Below are positions 30,986 through 41,101 of a DNA stretch of 64,000 bases, piece by piece. The stretch is taken from assembly GCA_964631145.1 (NCBI GenBank), contig CAZVXT010000001.1, forward strand, positions 553,797 to 617,796, written 5' to 3'. A model generated the notes under the pieces. It did no database searches. It worked only from the letters and a program-made list of their open reading frames with translations, and was not told where the DNA came from. The DNA is from an uncultured Candidatus Saccharibacteria bacterium. GTDB lineage: Bacteria > Patescibacteriota > Doudnabacteria > UBA920. How positions within the stretch are numbered: position 1 is the first letter of the stretch; each line of letters opens with the position of its first letter. Both the position numbers and the translations under genes were made by a program.

Positions 30986-31573
30986 TTAAGTTGTGATAGT
31001 TGGATTATTAGAATATCCAGGATGATGAGTTTGCATAACATTCCATATAGACTGGTGATCCCCCGCTTGGATGCCAGAAATAACCTCTTTTAAGACATGC
31101 AAAGAATTATTTTCTCTTTTAAGGTCTTCTGCTTTGTGGTCCGGATTATGTTTTGATGAATAATAATCTATCTCAAAGTCATTTCCAAAAACTATATCAA
31201 AAATATATTTAGTCCTATTCAAGTGGTCATCTGAGGTTACTACAGCAATATTGCGCCAATTATTTGGTAAGCAAAAATCTACCTTACTAAAATATGCATT
31301 ACCTAAAGTGTCTTTAGAGTGATTTTCTTCTAAAATAAAATCTGGATTAATGCCTAATTCTACAGCATATTTCTTCATAGCAAGAGCTTCGGAACAAACA
31401 GGATTTTCTGTAAGTCTATAGGACCACAAACCAGACATTAAAATTTTATTCGCTAATTGTTGCTCAAAAAGTTCAAATCCCTTTCTTACCCTCAAACAAG
31501 AATCGTTAGGCAAACTACCGTCGCTGTTTATACCCCTACCCAAAACTATAATGACATCATATTTATAATTCAT
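30986..31573 (-). CDS. DUF218 (YdcF/ElyC/SanA) family protein
   Basis: YDVIIVLGRGINSDGS…RVRKGFELF…KILMSGL typical DUF218 core. Confidence 0.6.
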   Translation of the reverse strand: MNYKYDVIIVLGRGINSDGSLPNDSCLRVRKGFELFEQQLANKILMSGLWSYRLTENPVCSEALAMKKYAVELGINPDFILEENHSKDTLGNAYFSKVDFCLPNNWRNIAVVTSDDHLNRTKYIFDIVFGNDFEIDYYSSKHNPDHKAEDLKRENNSLHVLKEVISGIQAGDHQSIWNVMQTHHPGYSNNPTITT

Positions 31574-31707
31574 ATCATAATTATATCAATATTATTCAAG
31601 CCTGCTAATAATTTGTTATTATGCCACCGCTTTGACATTTTGGCAAAAATAAAGTAAACTTCATAAAGTATGATTTATTGAATAAAACTTGACGGAGGAA
31701 GTATTGC

Positions 31708-32145
31708 ATGTTTTTGTACCCAGAAATAACCCCAGAATTTACAATTTTACACATTCAAGATAAAGTTATCGACAATCAAATTAGCTCTGGATTATTACAC
31801 CAGACCTTGCTGGATATGACTACAAAATTAGAACATGATTTATATATAGAGCTAATTAACGTTCCTGAATTGTGCGATTCGGCAATTGGAGCACTCATGG
31901 TAGTGGGCTCAATAATTAACAAATTGGGATACAGCTTATATATTTCAAATCCTAATAAATATATTTTAAATAGATTTTTACAAACAGGCTTAACTAATTT
32001 GGTAAAAATTACTTATAGATCTTACAATTACACGATCTTTTTACCTTTAGAATTGAAAGCAGATTTAAATGAAGATTTTATAAATATAGCTTTTCAAAAT
32101 ATATTTCAACTCCCGGTCCAGCAAACAAGCAATATGATAAATTAA
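31708..32145 (+). CDS. STAS domain protein (anti-sigma-factor antagonist-like)
   Basis: GGAGG RBS; LYIELINVPELCDSAIGALMVVGSIINKLGYSLYISNPNKYILNRFLQTGLTNLVKI resembles SpoIIAA/STAS fold. Confidence 0.45.
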   Translation: MFLYPEITPEFTILHIQDKVIDNQISSGLLHQTLLDMTTKLEHDLYIELINVPELCDSAIGALMVVGSIINKLGYSLYISNPNKYILNRFLQTGLTNLVKITYRSYNYTIFLPLELKADLNEDFINIAFQNIFQLPVQQTSNMIN

Positions 32146-32157
32146 ATATATTCAAAA

Positions 32158-32190
32158 AACCCTTGTGTTAAACAAGGGTTTTTATTTATT
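32158..32190. terminator. Bidirectional intrinsic terminator
   Basis: cccttgt-gttaa-acaaggg hairpin plus T-run. Confidence 0.6.
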
Positions 32191-32778
32191 ATTTTTGCAA
32201 ATATAATTTAAATAATTTTTTTTATTAGGCTTAAACTCTTCAGAATATAAAATTTCAAAATTATTATCTGCTAATAATTTTTCTAATTCTTGACGAGAGT
32301 AAAAACTAAATAGTCTAGGTTCCGAAACCTTTGTTGAAGTGCGATATTCTTGTTTATCGCCCTCTATCATTCCTATCCCAAAAATCCCTTTTGGTTTTAA
32401 TACTCTTCTTACTTCTTGAAGTGCAAATGTAATTTGTTCTTTGCTTACGTGCAGCAAAGAAGTGTAAGCCCATACTCCATCAAAAGAATTATTATCAAAG
32501 GGTAAATTTAAAAAATCCGCAACTTCTGCATCTAATCCTCTAGTGCGCGCCAACCTAACCATTTCTTCTGAAGCATCTATACACACAACTTCTTTACTGT
32601 TCTGTTTTAAAATTAATCCATCCCTACCTGGACCACAACCAACATCTAATATTTTTTTACTAGAAGCATTAATAAAATAATCAAAAAATGTTTTTGGAAA
32701 TCTTTCCCAAAAATCTACAGTCTCTTGATCATACTGCTCTGCAAAATTGTTGTATGCCTTTATTGTTTGGCTATCCAT
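32182..32778 (-). CDS. Class I SAM-dependent methyltransferase
   Basis: ILDVGCGPGRDGLIL motif I; internal ATG at 32778 removes overlap with upstream gene. Confidence 0.65.
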   Translation of the reverse strand: MDSQTIKAYNNFAEQYDQETVDFWERFPKTFFDYFINASSKKILDVGCGPGRDGLILKQNSKEVVCIDASEEMVRLARTRGLDAEVADFLNLPFDNNSFDGVWAYTSLLHVSKEQITFALQEVRRVLKPKGIFGIGMIEGDKQEYRTSTKVSEPRLFSFYSRQELEKLLADNNFEILYSEEFKPNKKNYLNYICKNNK

Positions 32779-32786
32779 AGCAGTGA

Positions 32787-33296
32787 TTATAAATAATAAG
32801 GTAAAATACACTCGCTCCTATTAAAGCAACATGGACGTCTTTTACCCATTTTTAATTTTGAGTGCGTAATGTTAATTCTACGCTTTCTAGTTTCTGGATT
32901 TTTTGTAGAATCTATCCACCTAATCCAATCCCATCTCGCCATAGGAGTAATATCATTCCACAACTTCTTAACTTCTAAATCTTTGTTTAATTCTACTTTC
33001 AAGTCTTTAGGAACTTCAGGTTCGGTCCAATCTTTAACAACCTCTAATTCAATATTTGCTAAATGTGCTGGCTTTAACTTTACAGAACTTGCTAGTTTTT
33101 TATCTAGAACCAAAAAATGCCCACCCTTACCATCTGGCTCTAAAGGCTTTTGAATTGTTTGATTATTAATGACAGCACTGACCATAACCATACCTCTCGA
33201 AGGCATTTTAGCGCTAACCGATTTTGGCAAAACAAAAATCTGTATATCACTATTATTATAATTAGTTAATTTAGTTTGAAATTTAATTTTAGACAT
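32787..33296 (-). CDS. DUF1905 / YdeI-OmpD-associated family protein
   Basis: C-terminal WDWIRWIDSTKNPETRKRRINITHSKLKMGKRRP matches YdeI-type helical tail. Confidence 0.5.
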   Translation of the reverse strand: MSKIKFQTKLTNYNNSDIQIFVLPKSVSAKMPSRGMVMVSAVINNQTIQKPLEPDGKGGHFLVLDKKLASSVKLKPAHLANIELEVVKDWTEPEVPKDLKVELNKDLEVKKLWNDITPMARWDWIRWIDSTKNPETRKRRINITHSKLKMGKRRPCCFNRSECILPYYL

Positions 33297-33299
33297 AAA

Positions 33300-33959
33300 C
33301 TATAGTATGGTTAATAAATCTTTTAAGTTTGTAATAGTACAATCCACCTCATTACTTTCAATAAGCCCATCTTCATTTTTGTACCAAATAGTTTTCATTC
33401 CTAACAATCGCGCTGGAAGCAATCCTCTTTCTACATTATCATCAATCATTATAGAAGTATCAAATTCCGCCCCAACTCCAGACAAAACAGTTTTAAAAAT
33501 TTCAGGATTAGGTTTATCAACTCCTAAATGTCCTGACATATCGGCTGTATGCAAAAATTGCAATAGCCCTGCAGATTCTAATTTATTTTTTGCGACAACA
33601 GACTGATTGGCAATGATACCTAGTTTATATTTTTTAGATAATTGTTGCAAGGTCTCAAATGCTTCCATCCTTATAGGTTGGTCGTAATATTGTGGGGCGT
33701 TTGTATAAGAAGACTTTAAATCAAGCAAGGCATTTTCAATATTATTAGAATTTACAAATATTTTTATAACATTTTCATCCAAAGATCCATCCATAGCACT
33801 TGCCCTCTTCCATTGTTGCTTAATATCATCCATGGTCAGATTAAAAGAATATTTTTGAATTATAGATAAATCATTTTTTTGTCTCCAATTCAAAAAACTA
33901 GATTCGTCTATTAATACTCCCCCGACATCAAAAAATAACCATTTAATACTTTCAAACAT
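33300..33959 (-). CDS. HAD-superfamily hydrolase
   Basis: Motif I FFDVGGVL, motif III/IV …MIDDN. Confidence 0.65.
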   Translation of the reverse strand: MFESIKWLFFDVGGVLIDESSFLNWRQKNDLSIIQKYSFNLTMDDIKQQWKRASAMDGSLDENVIKIFVNSNNIENALLDLKSSYTNAPQYYDQPIRMEAFETLQQLSKKYKLGIIANQSVVAKNKLESAGLLQFLHTADMSGHLGVDKPNPEIFKTVLSGVGAEFDTSIMIDDNVERGLLPARLLGMKTIWYKNEDGLIESNEVDCTITNLKDLLTIL

Positions 33960-34055
33960 TTAGATAGATTTATTAGTTTCAATTGATATTAGTATAACAA
34001 AACTTTCAATTAATCAAATTTAAAAGCACAACTGACTAGTTGTGTTATAAACTTT

Positions 34056-34556
34056 CTAAAAATTTTCTTTATCCCAAATTAAAATAGAATAAATGCCAAT
34101 TATCAAAGCTCCCACTGCTATTAATATCGCTGAAAAAAAGAAAATGTTACTCACTAAATAAGTAGACTGCAGTAAATTTAATCTAAATAATATTTGATTC
34201 CAATCATGAGAATCAACATCTCCTGTTAATAAAGGCAATCTCATCGCCAAAGCATCGCCTGCATAAACAGAAACATTAATTAAATTAATAGCTGTCCAAT
34301 AAATCATTATAACCACTGCTTCCCATTGTTGCCGTGCAAACAAAAAGTATCCAGCACAAATTAACGGCACTAAAATTTGCAATACTGATCCTCCTAGTAT
34401 TGTCATAAACTCGCCAAACAACATAAAAATTACATGACCTGCTTCATGGAATAGCAAATCTACATTATCTATAAAATGCCATGACAGCGATGTGTTTGCA
34501 TAATACAGAACATAGATAAATCCAAAAATAATGACTAAGAGTTTAAATATTTTCAT
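34056..34556 (-). CDS. Polytopic membrane protein with intramembrane HExxH (putative M50-like zinc metalloprotease)
   Basis: LLFHEAGHVIFMLFG within a hydrophobic segment; five predicted TM helices. Confidence 0.3.
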   Translation of the reverse strand: MKIFKLLVIIFGFIYVLYYANTSLSWHFIDNVDLLFHEAGHVIFMLFGEFMTILGGSVLQILVPLICAGYFLFARQQWEAVVIMIYWTAINLINVSVYAGDALAMRLPLLTGDVDSHDWNQILFRLNLLQSTYLVSNIFFFSAILIAVGALIIGIYSILIWDKENF

Positions 34557-34659
34557 ATTATTATTTTACCAAACAATTATCTTATAAACTTATGAGAAAA
34601 CTTATACTTGACATTTATATTTATATATGATATAATATCGAAAAATAGGAGGAATTTTT

Positions 34660-34986
34660 ATGAAAACTATTATCCACATCGACGATGATGAAACTTGGAG
34701 AAATTGGGTTGCTTATATTTTAGATAAAGCTGGGTATAAGCTATCATCTTTTAATAACATTAAAGATGCTAATGATTTTATATCTCAAAATGATATTTCT
34801 TTGGTGATCACAGATGGCAACATTGAGTCTGATAATGATGGTTATATTTTGGCAAAAGACTTGTATGAAAGTAAAAATAATGTTTTGCTTTTATCTGGTA
34901 AACACTACGAAAATATACCATTAATAAAAAAACTAGGATTTAATGAAAATAGTTTTTTGCAAATAGTTAAAAACATAATAGAATGA
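34660..34986 (+). CDS. Single-domain response-regulator receiver (CheY-like), orphan
   Basis: GGAGG RBS; IIHIDDDE acidic pocket, LVITDGNIESDNDG phospho-Asp region, LLLSGK. Confidence 0.45.
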   Translation: MKTIIHIDDDETWRNWVAYILDKAGYKLSSFNNIKDANDFISQNDISLVITDGNIESDNDGYILAKDLYESKNNVLLLSGKHYENIPLIKKLGFNENSFLQIVKNIIE

Positions 34987-35345
34987 GACAATGCTCATTC
35001 TTTTTTTATAAAAATTGATTTCATTTTATAAATGCATTAAGAGCATTAATCTTTTATTGACAAATTACCATTCCTATAATAAAGTAGTTAGTTATCTTAA
35101 TTGATAACATAAAAATAAGGAGTGTCATAAATATATGGTTCTTGAAGGCAAAATGAAATTAACATTAGAAGAGTTAATTGAAACTTTAACTAATGATGGA
35201 TAAATCCAAAAAATGTTTGAATTTGTTCGCTACCTTGAAAGATACGGCGAAACTTACGGAAAAGTCAGAGATCAACATAGAGTTGTATCGATAACAGCGC
35301 ACAATAATAGTTAAGTAGATTAAATCGGTAATGCAAGTATAAAAA

Positions 35346-35378
35346 TAAGGCGATAAATTTTATCGCCTTTTTATTTTA
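35346..35378. terminator. Bidirectional intrinsic terminator
   Basis: aggcgata-aattt-tatcgcct hairpin with flanking A/T runs. Confidence 0.6.
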
Positions 35379-35984
35379 TACAACTATTTTTAAAATATCT
35401 AAAGAAATTAAATCGATTCTTAATTGTTCTGCACTTTTATATAATAACGGCATATACCCAATTTTATCTGCACCTCTCAAAGATTGTGGAGAATCGTCAA
35501 TAAAAACTAATTCAGAAGGAGAAACTCCCAATTTATCAAATAACACTTGATAAGCTTGTGGATCGGGTTTTTGAAAACCAATTTCTGCAGATATCAAAAA
35601 AGTATCAAAGTGTTTATCCAAACCTTCTTCCTTTAAAAAAATTCCATTGCTACGAGTATTATTACTTAATAAACCGACTTTTAGTCCAGATTGCTTTAGT
35701 TTCTCTACTATATCAATTACTTGTTGGTTTATTTCCGCTTTACCATTTTCAACTAAATAATCTACAACATTTTTAAAATATTGTTCTTTATTAATTTGCT
35801 TAAGAATAATCTCCCACAATTCCCTATAAGAAATATCTCCTAGATTTGATAACTTGTTATGCTCAAAATAAACCGATTTTAAATCGTCTAAAGGAAAATT
35901 AATTATGCGTGAAATATCAGGAATCATCGGTTTGTGCATACTAATTACTCCCCCATAATCAAATCCCACAGCTTTTATATTCAT
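35376..35984 (-). CDS. HAD-superfamily hydrolase (beta-phosphoglucomutase-like)
   Basis: Motif I VGFDYGGVI, GLLSNN, FIDDS. Confidence 0.65.
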   Translation of the reverse strand: MNIKAVGFDYGGVISMHKPMIPDISRIINFPLDDLKSVYFEHNKLSNLGDISYRELWEIILKQINKEQYFKNVVDYLVENGKAEINQQVIDIVEKLKQSGLKVGLLSNNTRSNGIFLKEEGLDKHFDTFLISAEIGFQKPDPQAYQVLFDKLGVSPSELVFIDDSPQSLRGADKIGYMPLLYKSAEQLRIDLISLDILKIVV

Positions 35985-36091
35985 GATGTTATTTTATCAA
36001 ATCCCTACATTTTCTAAAAATAAACCAGAATTGACTTAATTATCATAATAGTATATAATTCTATGAAATTTTAAATTGGAGGATTTGAAAA

Positions 36092-36664
36092 ATGGACATA
36101 TCAAGTATTACAAATATTCAACGAAGCCTAAATTTTACAGAAAGAATAATAAATATTTTACAATGGTTATCAATTGTAGGTATATTAACCGGAATTGTTA
36201 ATTTTATTTTATATTTACCGCTGGGATACTTTTTTCTACCATGGTGGACCATTATTGCTTTTTGTGCAATGTTTATAGCAATGACGATTCTAGGTGTTCA
36301 AAAGTCACATATAAACACTGCACGTATAAATATAGATGGTAAAATAACCATTATAAAAGCCGAGGTAACGCTGTTTGATATTGAAAATATCGAAAGCAAG
36401 CTAAATCTTAGCAATAAAAATAAGGAAGAAAAGTTAAGAATAATCACAGAAGCGCTCGATACCTTACAACAAGTATTGAAAGCTAACTCTTTTTTAGAAA
36501 TTTTTAACAAGAAAAAAGTAAAAATACCAGAGGTTGTAAAAACAGTGGTTCCGCAAAATACATTAAACTTAATCCATCAATATGAAGAAGGTGAAATATC
36601 TGTGGTATATATGCATCACCATGTTAGTGGAGTTAAAGAAATATTTAAAAAATTATATACATAA
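36092..36664 (+). CDS. Hypothetical membrane protein
   Basis: GGAGGA RBS; two N-terminal TM helices then coiled-coil-like region. Confidence 0.45.
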   Translation: MDISSITNIQRSLNFTERIINILQWLSIVGILTGIVNFILYLPLGYFFLPWWTIIAFCAMFIAMTILGVQKSHINTARINIDGKITIIKAEVTLFDIENIESKLNLSNKNKEEKLRIITEALDTLQQVLKANSFLEIFNKKKVKIPEVVKTVVPQNTLNLIHQYEEGEISVVYMHHHVSGVKEIFKKLYT

Positions 36665-36785
36665 TAAAATATATCATAGAGCATATAAGCTCTATTTTTT
36701 GTATATTTTTTAGTAAAAAATAAACATCAATATAATATTTTTAAAAATTAAAAAGCACTCTTATTTCAAAAGTGCTTTATTGTTA

Positions 36786-37616
36786 TCAAAAAGTTTGCAA
36801 AGTTATTCTTGCATCAAGATTTGGAGTGCGAGATATAGATTTCTTTCTTTGATTCTGCCTTTTTATCTTTGTGCGTAAATACTTGGCAATTTTTTTATTA
36901 TATTCATCTATATTATTCTTATAATCAAATGTCCAAAAGAGATTATCAAGAATTTTGCCATGCCTTGCGGCAATTTTTGCCGAAGTTAATTTACTGGTGC
37001 AAAATTTGCCATTTACCGTAAAACGCATACATTTGGACCTCTTATCAAACCTAAGTCCGGGCTTATCAAAGACAAAACCGAACGTTAAGTTATTCCAATT
37101 CTCTTTCCAAACAGCATGGTCATAAGGAATATGTAAATCGAAAAAGAACATAACTATTACTTCGACAACATAACCCGGCCACCCACATTCGGCAGCGCCA
37201 TATGGTGTAATCATTCCAAAATTTTTATTCCTACCTAATATTTTTTTAAATGCTGGCAAAGCCGCTGTCGAGTTATAAGCAGCATTAACAAAGTGTATCG
37301 GGTAAGAATATTTGCCTAGTAATTTTGCCAAATCTACATAAGTAATAACACGAAATTGTTCTTCAACGGTAAAAGTCCATCCTTCCGAATTTCCATAACC
37401 CATATAGATCAGCATTAATGGCTCATCTGGTTTTTGTAATTCCAATCTTTGTTCAAGCTGTTTAATAATTTCTTGAGTATCCAAACTCCCTAAGATGACG
37501 TAAATGTCTTCTTCGTTTAAGTTTGTATGCTCAGTCAGTTTGTCTTTTGTTCTTATAGCCGCATTAGGTAGCATATCTTTACTATCTATGCCGCCAATAA
37601 TAATCGCTTTAGACAT
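36786..37616 (-). CDS. Hypothetical protein
   Basis: 276-aa ORF with TAGGAGG RBS; no confident domain. Confidence 0.45.
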   Translation of the reverse strand: MSKAIIIGGIDSKDMLPNAAIRTKDKLTEHTNLNEEDIYVILGSLDTQEIIKQLEQRLELQKPDEPLMLIYMGYGNSEGWTFTVEEQFRVITYVDLAKLLGKYSYPIHFVNAAYNSTAALPAFKKILGRNKNFGMITPYGAAECGWPGYVVEVIVMFFFDLHIPYDHAVWKENWNNLTFGFVFDKPGLRFDKRSKCMRFTVNGKFCTSKLTSAKIAARHGKILDNLFWTFDYKNNIDEYNKKIAKYLRTKIKRQNQRKKSISRTPNLDARITLQTF

Positions 37617-37776
37617 ATTTTTCCTCCTAATATATTCAAAATATTCTTTTAAAGAACAGATTATTATAGCGAATATTTAAGGGCTTGTCAAAGCATGGAG
37701 AATTTATACGGATGAATTAAAGTAAATATTTATTATTAAATAAATACCAATACAAAAAAATCGCTATGAAGGCGAT

Positions 37777-37977
37777 TTAATGTGCGGCTCTCAACTTTGC
37801 TGCTTTTTCAACAACCTTTCTTTGATCTCTGTTTGCTTCCTTTACCACCTTTTCTATGACTTTTTTCTTATAAGACGATGAGGCATCATGAGAGAACCTA
37901 GAAAATTTGCTTTGCTTTATTTTATTTACCTTACCGCTAGTACCAAATATTTTATTTAAAAAATCCATCATATTCAT
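37777..37977 (-). CDS. Small basic protein (66 aa), translationally coupled to zeta-like kinase
   Basis: ATGA overlap with upstream gene; K/R-rich helical sequence. Confidence 0.4.
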   Translation of the reverse strand: MNMMDFLNKIFGTSGKVNKIKQSKFSRFSHDASSSYKKKVIEKVVKEANRDQRKVVEKAAKLRAAH

Positions 37978-38675
37978 TCGATTAATTTTCTAAGCTCGTC
38001 TTCATTATAAAAAATGTCTAGATGATTGTCAATATTTTCAATATCTAATCTTGTCTTACCAATATCATTATCATAATCTTTAATTACTAAATTTAACCTG
38101 ATTTGATGTCCAAAATCATTTTTTAACTTATTGACATTATTTTTTGAGGAGACAAAACCATTAATAAAAGCATCTTTTGTAATGTTTCTTCCTTCTAATA
38201 ATTCTCGATCTTGTGTGAACTTCCAAGCTATTATCGGATCCTGATACAAATAATATATTTCAATATAATTTCTGTATCGTAAACTTAACTCAATATTAGA
38301 TTTAGCAACAACGTAATTTGCCATTGTACCATCCAATACAAAGTTTTGATTATTTTTTAAAACAAAGTTATAAATTTCTGAAACACCAATACTTATTGCA
38401 TTTTGAAATAAATAAGCATTTGTACCATTATATATTTCAGAGGGCAAAGTATTTCTAATTTCATCCGGATCAATTCTCACCACACCATCACCTAGTTCTT
38501 TAATCAAATCTTTTGAAAATTCAGTTTTACCTGCACCTGGTGAACCAGCCATAAATACTGAAGCTGGCTTATCATCCGGTAAATAAATTTTTACATTAGC
38601 AAATTTATTAATTAAATCGTTTTTAGACTTACGAATATGTTTCGCTGCTTGCTTAGATAATTCTTCATCTTTCAT
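37974..38675 (-). CDS. Zeta-toxin-like P-loop kinase family protein
   Basis: VFMAGSPGAGKTEFSK Walker A, downstream RIDPDEIR and VLDGTM resembling PF06414; start moved to MKDEEL (38675) because the longer ORF overlaps tRNA-Trp. Confidence 0.5.
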   Translation of the reverse strand: MKDEELSKQAAKHIRKSKNDLINKFANVKIYLPDDKPASVFMAGSPGAGKTEFSKDLIKELGDGVVRIDPDEIRNTLPSEIYNGTNAYLFQNAISIGVSEIYNFVLKNNQNFVLDGTMANYVVAKSNIELSLRYRNYIEIYYLYQDPIIAWKFTQDRELLEGRNITKDAFINGFVSSKNNVNKLKNDFGHQIRLNLVIKDYDNDIGKTRLDIENIDNHLDIFYNEDELRKLIE

Positions 38676-38716
38676 AAACTCATCATAACAAAAAACCGCC
38701 TTCACGGCGATTTTTG

Positions 38717-38790
38717 TGGCAGGGGCTGTAGGAATCGAACCTACGCAAATGGTTTTGGAGACCATTGTACTACCATTATACGAAGCCCCC
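38717..38790 (-). tRNA. tRNA-Trp (anticodon CCA)
   Basis: Cloverleaf: GGGGGCT acceptor, anticodon loop CTCCAAA, T-arm GTAGGTTCGATTCCTAC, CCA encoded. Confidence 0.85.
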
Positions 38791-38842
38791 TGGTTTTTTA
38801 ATTATATCAAACAGCCCTTCCGAACTCGAAAGGGCCAATTGA

Positions 38843-38998
38843 TTACTTAGTTTCTTTATGCAAAGTTTGCTTGCGGCAACGGTTGCAATATTTCTTGATT
38901 TCTAGTCTGGCTTGAGTGTTCTTTTTATTCTTACGAGTTGCGTAATTTAAATTGTGACACTCAGTACATTCCATATCAATACGACGGTCTTGTGACAT
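38843..38998 (-). CDS. rpmG: 50S ribosomal protein L33
   Basis: [51 protein letters not shown]; CxxC…CxxC zinc ribbon; below ORF-track size cut-off. Confidence 0.8.
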   Translation of the reverse strand: MSQDRRIDMECTECHNLNYATRKNKKNTQARLEIKKYCNRCRKQTLHKETK

Positions 38999-39103
38999 AG
39001 TAGCTTCTTAATTTCTTAATTAAATGTGTCCCATGCAGGCAAATGTTAAACCTAGAATATTCTAGAGTTAGCATAAGCCAACATGATTGCTTAGATTAAA
39101 TTT

Positions 39104-39179
39104 CTGGAGCCGGCTGTCGGACTCGAACCGACCACCTACGGTTTACAAAACCGTTGCTCTACCGGATGAGCTAAGCCGG
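39104..39179 (-). tRNA. tRNA-Thr (anticodon UGU)
   Basis: GCCGGCTTAGCTCA… D-arm, anticodon loop TTTGTAA, T-arm GGTCGGTTCGAGTCCGACA, CCA encoded. Confidence 0.8.
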
Positions 39180-39461
39180 CACGACTCTTATAAAATTTAC
39201 TAAATTATTGTACCAGGTTTGACAAGTTTTGTCCAATCTTTTATGATTAGACGGTCTCACACATCTAAGAACTGCAAACAGTTACGAATAGCGGCAAAAA
39301 CACCCGTACCTCTATCTCCCACTCAATCCATAGGAGGAATCCGATTTTACCACTCCACATCAATCTAAACAGGGCAAGTCGGGCTCACATTTTTCTACAC
39401 CAAAAGCATTGCTTTTGGTTTTATTTTTTGCTAAAATCAATTCAATTTGTAGGAGGTAAAT

Positions 39462-39959
39462 ATGAATTTTATTGATAATTTTTTAGATAAAATATTTGAT
39501 CAGTTAGCTTTGCAAGCCAGCAATGCCAAACTAATCTTAAAACAGTTTTCTGCCAAAAATCTTGGTATTATTTGTGGAGGCAAAAACCCAAATTTTGATC
39601 AAGATCCAAAGCATCGCATTGTTGGCGTATGGACATATTGTTCAAACTGCAAATGGTTTGGTTTTACAGACGTAATAGACCCATGGTCATACAATAGTCA
39701 TTCTGATTGCGAAAATTGCTATGCCAGAATAGATTATTCGCCCAGACAAATTTTTGGTTTTAGCCTAGCTTACATAAACATGAAGCACCAAATTTTGTCC
39801 CAAAGACCAAGCAACAAAAACAAGTTAATGACCTTTGCAAAATGTTTATGGCAAAGCAGAACCACAGAAGAAATTCCTGAGCATCAAGAAGGCAAAACAT
39901 GGTCAGAATTAGAAAGAGACGCTGTATTAAAAATTAGCGTGGCGTGGCTACTTCAATAA
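39462..39959 (+). CDS. Hypothetical Cys-rich protein
   Basis: TAGGAGG RBS; CSNCKWFGF…CENCY zinc-ribbon-like pairs; opposite orientation to flanking tRNA genes. Confidence 0.45.
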   Translation: MNFIDNFLDKIFDQLALQASNAKLILKQFSAKNLGIICGGKNPNFDQDPKHRIVGVWTYCSNCKWFGFTDVIDPWSYNSHSDCENCYARIDYSPRQIFGFSLAYINMKHQILSQRPSNKNKLMTFAKCLWQSRTTEEIPEHQEGKTWSELERDAVLKISVAWLLQ

Positions 39960-39966
39960 ACCTTAA

Positions 39967-39994
39967 ACACGGAAGTTATCCGTGTTTTTTTATT
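39967..39994 (+). terminator. Intrinsic terminator
   Basis: acacgga-agtta-tccgtgt hairpin followed by T7. Confidence 0.65.
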
Positions 39995-40028
39995 AAAACA
40001 AAAACAGCCTGGCGAGACTGTCTTTGTT

Positions 40029-40115
40029 TGGTGGGCAGGACAGGATTCGAACCTGTGAAGGCACAAGGCCGGCTGATTTACAGTCAGCTGCGTTTGACCG
40101 CTTCGCTACCTACCC
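40029..40115 (-). tRNA. tRNA-Tyr (anticodon GUA, long variable arm)
   Basis: GGGTAGG acceptor, anticodon loop CTGTAAA, extended variable arm, T-arm CAGGTTCGAATCCTG, CCA encoded. Confidence 0.8.
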
Positions 40116-40124
40116 ATATTTTTC

Positions 40125-40200
40125 TGGAGCCGTTGTCCGGGATCGAACCGGAGACCTTCTCCTTACCATGGAGATGCTCTACCGACTGAGCTACAACGGC
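40125..40200 (-). tRNA. tRNA-Thr (anticodon GGU)
   Basis: GCCGTTGTAGCTCAGTCGGTAGAGCA, anticodon loop ATGGTAA, T-arm GGTTCGATCCC, CCA encoded. Confidence 0.8.
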
Positions 40201-40301
40201 AAACTACTTGAAAATATTTATAAGGCTTAGGCTACAAAAGTTAATAAATAGGAATATATTAACTTAATAATATTACTAAAATATCTATAATTTTTCAAGT
40301 A

Positions 40302-41072
40302 CTAATTAGGATTTTTTGATTCTAATTCAAATTTATAGTCTTGGTACTTTTTATTGTTTGGGTCCAATGATAATGCAGTGCTTATAGAATTAATTGCCGA
40401 GGCAAATTCGCCTAGCCCACTTTGTGCCAAAGCCAAATTAAAGAATCTACCAGGGTTACTATTATCCAAATCAACAGCTCTTTGATAGCTAGAAACAGAC
40501 TTAGAAAAATCTTTAACATGCAAACTTACCAGCCCGAGCCTTGCCCAATAGCTCACTTCTGTTGGAGCGTGATTAGTTAAATACTCGTACAAAGGAACTG
40601 CTTCATCAAACTTCTTTTCTTTGATGTAATATTGTCCTAACAAATCATAATTTACGAAGTTTTTAGGATTTTTGCGAATTTGCTGAATATAATATCCCTC
40701 ATCCTTAACTAAAATAGCAAATTTATCTTGTTCTTTTTCGGTTCCCAAAATCTTTTTAAAGTTATAGCGGACTTTAGGTCCAGGTTTAAGACCTTTTGCT
40801 TCTAATAAAAATTGGGTTAATTTATGAAAAATTACAACAAAAAAATTCTTAGTTTTAGAAAAACTAATGAACGGCAATCCTTTGGACCTAAGTGTTTTGT
40901 CTAAAGAATGACTCACTGCAATGTTAGAGCTAACATTCTTAGTCTCAACGTTGGCAGTGGCTTCTGGGAGTTTACGCAAAAACCACACCACCAATCCAAG
41001 TACAGATAATATAAATACTAAATTAAAAATTAAATTAAAGGCCAACACAAATAAATTTAAAAATAGAGTCAA
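40302..41072 (-). CDS. Tetratricopeptide-repeat protein with N-terminal TM anchor
   Basis: Hydrophobic N-terminus; repeated W-LG-Y/ A-x-x-Y-x-x-A TPR-like units. Confidence 0.55.
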   Translation of the reverse strand: MTLFLNLFVLAFNLIFNLVFILSVLGLVVWFLRKLPEATANVETKNVSSNIAVSHSLDKTLRSKGLPFISFSKTKNFFVVIFHKLTQFLLEAKGLKPGPKVRYNFKKILGTEKEQDKFAILVKDEGYYIQQIRKNPKNFVNYDLLGQYYIKEKKFDEAVPLYEYLTNHAPTEVSYWARLGLVSLHVKDFSKSVSSYQRAVDLDNSNPGRFFNLALAQSGLGEFASAINSISTALSLDPNNKKYQDYKFELESKNPN

Positions 41073-41101
41073 AATTAGGTTTTGACTCTATTATTATAAC
41101 A

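Noticed and set aside
36786-37616. Caspase/clostripain-like peptidase assignment for the 276-aa protein
   Set aside because: A Cys in an AAECGW context is present but no His-Gly dyad partner could be found; the similarity is too weak to call.
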